Of a stretch of 64,000 nucleotides of DNA, positions 60,500 through 64,000 are shown one piece after another. How positions within the stretch are numbered: position 1 is the first letter of the stretch; each line of letters begins with the position of its first letter. The notes under the pieces were generated by a model. The model saw only the letters and a program-made list of their open reading frames with translations, was not told the DNA's origin and made no database searches. Made by a program: the position numbers and the translations under genes. Source of the stretch: a phage; the sequence record PZ168832.1, one strand, 5' to 3'.

Positions 60500-63383
60500 C
60501 TGGATACACCTGTTTGATCACGTCAACGATGAACATGTCAATGCCTTCAAGCTTACGACCTTTCATCAGGAAGAATGCGCCGTTCCCGACGTTTTCAGCA
60601 ATGTACTTCCCGTACTTCTGGAACTTCTCTGGACGAATCCTGAAGCGCATTGGCGAGTCGGTCGAGTCGTCTTTGCACATAAGGTCGATGAACTGAGTCT
60701 CAAGCTTGTTCCCGTACTGGTCAAACTCTGCGTAGCGGCCATCAGCTTGAAGACCCTTTTTAAGCTTTCCGTACTTTGTATAAATGCCGCGCTCAAGACG
60801 TTTGCGGATGCGTGTTGCTTCGTTCTCGTCTGCAAGCACTTTCTTTGTCAACTTGCCGATTACTATTGCGCGCTCGTCATCACCGACTTCCTTCATCTGG
60901 CGTATTGAAGCGCCGGACGTCACGCCAATAAGATAAGGGTCATTATACGCCCAGCCAAACTTTGTGTGCATCTCTGTAAGGTCGCCGTATTTGACTTCAG
61001 CATTGGCCAATGCATCCTTTTGCTTTTGCGTTAAGGTTCCGGCTTCACGTGCTTCGATATACTTCATCGCCTTCACCATTCCGTACCCTTTCGCGTTCAT
61101 GATGCCGCCGATTAGCTTTCCGTTCGCGATGGTCCAGTTCATTGAAGAGTGATCAGGGTCGATTGGCACATAATCCACGCCTTCCTTCGCAAGTTCACGT
61201 AATATCGCAATCGTCTGGTCTTCATCCTTGGCAGCGCGTAAGCAGGCAGCGGCAAATTCCAACGGGTAGTGTCGCTTAAGCCACAAGGTCCAGTAGGTCA
61301 CGACCGCGTATGACACGGAGTGTGATTTGTTAAAGCCCCATGACCCGAACGTAGCCATCGCTTGCCAAAGCTTTCTTGCATCCGCTTCCGGTACGCCGTT
61401 ATTGATTGCGCCTGCAACAAAGTCCTCGCCAAGCTTGTTAAAGTATTCTTCACCCTTACGGCCTGACATCGCCTTACGGACAGCGGACGTTTTCGCCCAG
61501 TCAAATGAACCAATCTCTTTAACCACGGCCATGATTTGCTCTTGGTAAAGAAACACGCCGTAAGTCTCTTTTAAGTACGGCTCAAGCTGCGGCACGTCGT
61601 ATTCAATCGGCGCACGCCCTGCCGCGCGTTCAATGTATTTCTGGGCCATACCGGATGACAACGGGCCAGGTCGACCCAAAGCCGTCAGGTTGTCGATTTT
61701 GTTAAAGTTATCGACGTGCACAAAGTTTGTTACTGAGCGTACAGCGTCGCCTTCAAACTGGAAGATGCCTGACATCTTGTTTTCGTTAAGAATGTCAAGG
61801 ACGCTTTGATCATCAAGCTTGATGCCGTAGAGCGTTTCAGCATCAATAACGCCTGTATCAGAAATAATGCCGAGAGTACGAAGGCCCAGCGCATCAAGCT
61901 TCAAAAGGTTAAGGTATTCGCTGTCAGGCTTATCGATTTGTGCAATCCCTTCTGCAGTTACAGTACAGTAATCAGAGATTGGGTCATTACACACAATGAT
62001 TCCCGCTGCGTGAACACCTGTGTGGGACGGGTGAATCTCAAGGTCACCCATGCAACGCGCGGCGTCAGGATATTTCGCCACGAACTCTTGGCCCGTGGTC
62101 GTTGTTGCAAAGGTATCCTCCAGGCCGTGACCATAACGGGCGTCACCGGATGAGTATTCAAGCAGTGCGTTTTTAATGTTGGCCGTTTCGTGGTATCCAA
62201 TGTTGAACTTCTTACCAACCTGCGCCATTACTGAGTTGGCCTTAAGCGTGTTGATGTTGCCAAGCTTTGCAACGTTCATTTCGCCGTATTTCTCTTTAAG
62301 GTAATCAAACACCATGTAGCGTTTGGTATCTTCAAAGTCGATGTCGATGTCAGGAAGGTCGGCGCGGCTTACGTCGATGAATCGGGCAAACAGCAGCTTA
62401 TACGGGATTGGGTCCACTTCCGTGATGCCGAGGCAATAGCAAACAAGTGAACCAGCCGATGAGCCGCGAGCAGGACCGACGAGCATTTTTGTTTTTGCGA
62501 ATCGTACAAGGTCCGCTACTACCAGAAAGTATGAGTCGAAATCTTTCAGCTGAATCTGGTGAATTTCTTCGTTGAAGCGGTCCTCATATTCCTGAGTCCA
62601 TTCTTTGATGTGACCTGCTTTGAGACGGTACTCCATCCCCTCACGCGCAAGCTTTACCATATCACCAGCAAGGTGAATAATCGGTGCCTTGCGTAATTTC
62701 AGGTCAAGTCCGACTATGCCGTTTGCTATGTCAACAGCATTGGCCGTTGCCTGATTCAGCTCATCTTCCGTCAAGATGCCTTTAAGCTGTTTGCGCAAGT
62801 CTTCCGCGTCAACGATGCAGTGCGGCTTGACCGTGTCGCGCACTTCCCAAGCATAAGCAAAGTCAACGTGCTCAGGTGAAGGCATGTGGTTGTATCCGGT
62901 TAAAACCAGCGGCCTTCCACCGCTACGATGAGCCAATGCCTGGCGCTTTGCCAAAAGGAACGATGATGGGTTGACGTCTATATAGTCGTAGTCCTCTGGC
63001 CGCAGCAACTCCACGGCACCGCCACAGAATTTAACGACGCCATCGAGCGCACCGAACTCTGCACGGGTAAGCCCACCGCGCTGCGTTGAAAGTGTTGTCG
63101 CGTTGTAAAAAGATTTTAAGTCAAGGGCCAATATCCAAGCCTTCGGTTTGAATCCCTTTTTAGGGTCCGCATCAGGGTCGATGATTGGAATCTCCATCCC
63201 AAACATAGGCTTAATATCATTTTTCTGGCATTCCTTTTCCCAGCGAACGTGACCCCATGTGTTGTTATCAACTAATGCCGCGACTTCGCAGCCCAACTCT
63301 TTGAGCCGTGCTATAATTTCAGGATGCCGTCCATAAACTTCTTTGAACGTGTAACCGCTGCAAACTCTCAATTGTGGAAACAT
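60486..63383 (-). CDS. dnaE: DNA polymerase III alpha subunit-like replicative polymerase
   Basis: 965 aa. N-terminal PHP-like region; DLPDIDIDFE and GSSAGSLVCYCLGIT palm motifs; KSHSVSYA. Confidence 0.9.
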   Translation of the reverse strand: MFPQLRVCSGYTFKEVYGRHPEIIARLKELGCEVAALVDNNTWGHVRWEKECQKNDIKPMFGMEIPIIDPDADPKKGFKPKAWILALDLKSFYNATTLSTQRGGLTRAEFGALDGVVKFCGGAVELLRPEDYDYIDVNPSSFLLAKRQALAHRSGGRPLVLTGYNHMPSPEHVDFAYAWEVRDTVKPHCIVDAEDLRKQLKGILTEDELNQATANAVDIANGIVGLDLKLRKAPIIHLAGDMVKLAREGMEYRLKAGHIKEWTQEYEDRFNEEIHQIQLKDFDSYFLVVADLVRFAKTKMLVGPARGSSAGSLVCYCLGITEVDPIPYKLLFARFIDVSRADLPDIDIDFEDTKRYMVFDYLKEKYGEMNVAKLGNINTLKANSVMAQVGKKFNIGYHETANIKNALLEYSSGDARYGHGLEDTFATTTTGQEFVAKYPDAARCMGDLEIHPSHTGVHAAGIIVCNDPISDYCTVTAEGIAQIDKPDSEYLNLLKLDALGLRTLGIISDTGVIDAETLYGIKLDDQSVLDILNENKMSGIFQFEGDAVRSVTNFVHVDNFNKIDNLTALGRPGPLSSGMAQKYIERAAGRAPIEYDVPQLEPYLKETYGVFLYQEQIMAVVKEIGSFDWAKTSAVRKAMSGRKGEEYFNKLGEDFVAGAINNGVPEADARKLWQAMATFGSWGFNKSHSVSYAVVTYWTLWLKRHYPLEFAAACLRAAKDEDQTIAILRELAKEGVDYVPIDPDHSSMNWTIANGKLIGGIMNAKGYGMVKAMKYIEAREAGTLTQKQKDALANAEVKYGDLTEMHTKFGWAYNDPYLIGVTSGASIRQMKEVGDDERAIVIGKLTKKVLADENEATRIRKRLERGIYTKYGKLKKGLQADGRYAEFDQYGNKLETQFIDLMCKDDSTDSPMRFRIRPEKFQKYGKYIAENVGNGAFFLMKGRKLEGIDMFIVDVIKQVYPDGNK

Positions 63384-63925
63384 TATTTACTCCAGATGTC
63401 ATATATGCCAATTTGTTGGCAGACTTTGTGCAGTAATATTACGTCGTCTAATGCACGGTGTTTCTGTTCATATTTTCCGAAATATAATTCATACAGCTCT
63501 TGAAGCTTAACTCTTCGGCCAAAAATAGGCAAGGTTTGCTCAACTGTACAAATGTTTATTTCTGGAAAATTAACATCATCAAGCGTAAGTCCTTCGCGCT
63601 GTAGTGCATAATCAAGAATGTTTTTATCGAACGCATGGTTGTGCGCGATAGTGGCATCCGTCTTCTTGAAGATTTCTTTTAGCTGCGGGACAAAATTGAT
63701 GAATGGTGGATTGCACTCAAGGTCTTCATTTGTTAATCCGGTAATCTTTGTGATAATTTCTTCAATCACGATTTCAGGATTAATTATGAATTCAAACGTT
63801 TCAAGAATCTCTTTGCCGTCTGTCAACAGACCTGCAAATTCAATAGGGCGCGGCTGCATCCCAAGCGGCGCTTTCGGGTGCACGGTCAATCCGGTTGTTT
63901 CGAAGTCATAAGGGAGAAATAACAC
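63383..63925 (-). CDS. DnaQ-like 3'-5' exonuclease
   Basis: ExoI YDFETTGL, ExoII AHNHAFD, ExoIII HRALDD. GTG start after AGGAGG. Confidence 0.85.
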   Translation of the reverse strand: MLFLPYDFETTGLTVHPKAPLGMQPRPIEFAGLLTDGKEILETFEFIINPEIVIEEIITKITGLTNEDLECNPPFINFVPQLKEIFKKTDATIAHNHAFDKNILDYALQREGLTLDDVNFPEINICTVEQTLPIFGRRVKLQELYELYFGKYEQKHRALDDVILLHKVCQQIGIYDIWSK

Positions 63926-63936
63926 ATTAGCCTCCT

Positions 63937-63963
63937 ACAAAAAGGCCGCCCATTAGGACGGCC
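63937..63963 (-). terminator. rho-independent terminator of the gene upstream (outside the window)
   Basis: Minus strand GGCCG-10 nt-CGGCC followed by TTTTTG. Confidence 0.55.
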
Positions 63964-64000
63964 ACAGATTCACGATTTGTTATACAGTGTACGGAGTACC

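Noticed and set aside
1-64000. Prophage or lysogeny functions (integrase, repressor, att sites).
   Set aside because: No recombinase or CI/Cro-like signatures were recognised in any ORF. The window reads as continuous phage DNA with no obvious host genes. Absence is based on visual inspection only.

Overview
This window reads as part of a tailed-phage genome of contractile-tail (myovirus) type. No integrase, repressor, tRNA or CRISPR array was recognised. Layout:
- 1-4.06 kb (minus strand): a secreted protein, an FAD-type oxidoreductase, a Lys/Ala/Glu-rich protein and a Dda/RecD-like helicase.
- 4.2-15.6 kb (plus strand): an AEP primase-polymerase, a VirE/D5-type NTPase and about 25 tightly coupled small early-type ORFs.
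- 15.7-16.6 kb: a non-coding iteron and AT-rich locus.
- 16.65-17.12 kb: a terS-like gene.
- 17.1-20.4 kb: a compositionally odd island. It has its own triplicated promoter and leader, paralogous acidic small proteins, a one-directional AATTTGCACTAT array and a repeat-rich non-coding tail.
- 20.4-25.8 kb (minus strand): an accessory block that includes a second tail fibre with a C-terminal S74-type chaperone.
- 25.9-53.6 kb (mostly plus strand): morphogenesis genes. In order these are terL, portal with a pyrophosphatase-like C-terminus, Mu-F-like head protein, a second iteron locus, scaffold, capsid, connectors, sheath, two tube paralogues, SLT tape measure, baseplate, fibres and a GH19 endolysin.
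- 53.6-63.9 kb (minus strand): ligase, MazG, embedded spanin pair, SSB-like protein, SNF2 helicase, VRR-NUC, Pol III alpha and a DnaQ-like exonuclease.

The most unusual signals are the motif array and island at 16.5-20.4 kb, and the two colinear iteron/AT-rich modules at about 16.2 kb and 31.8 kb. All functional calls rest on motifs read by eye and remembered family signatures. No database search was run.
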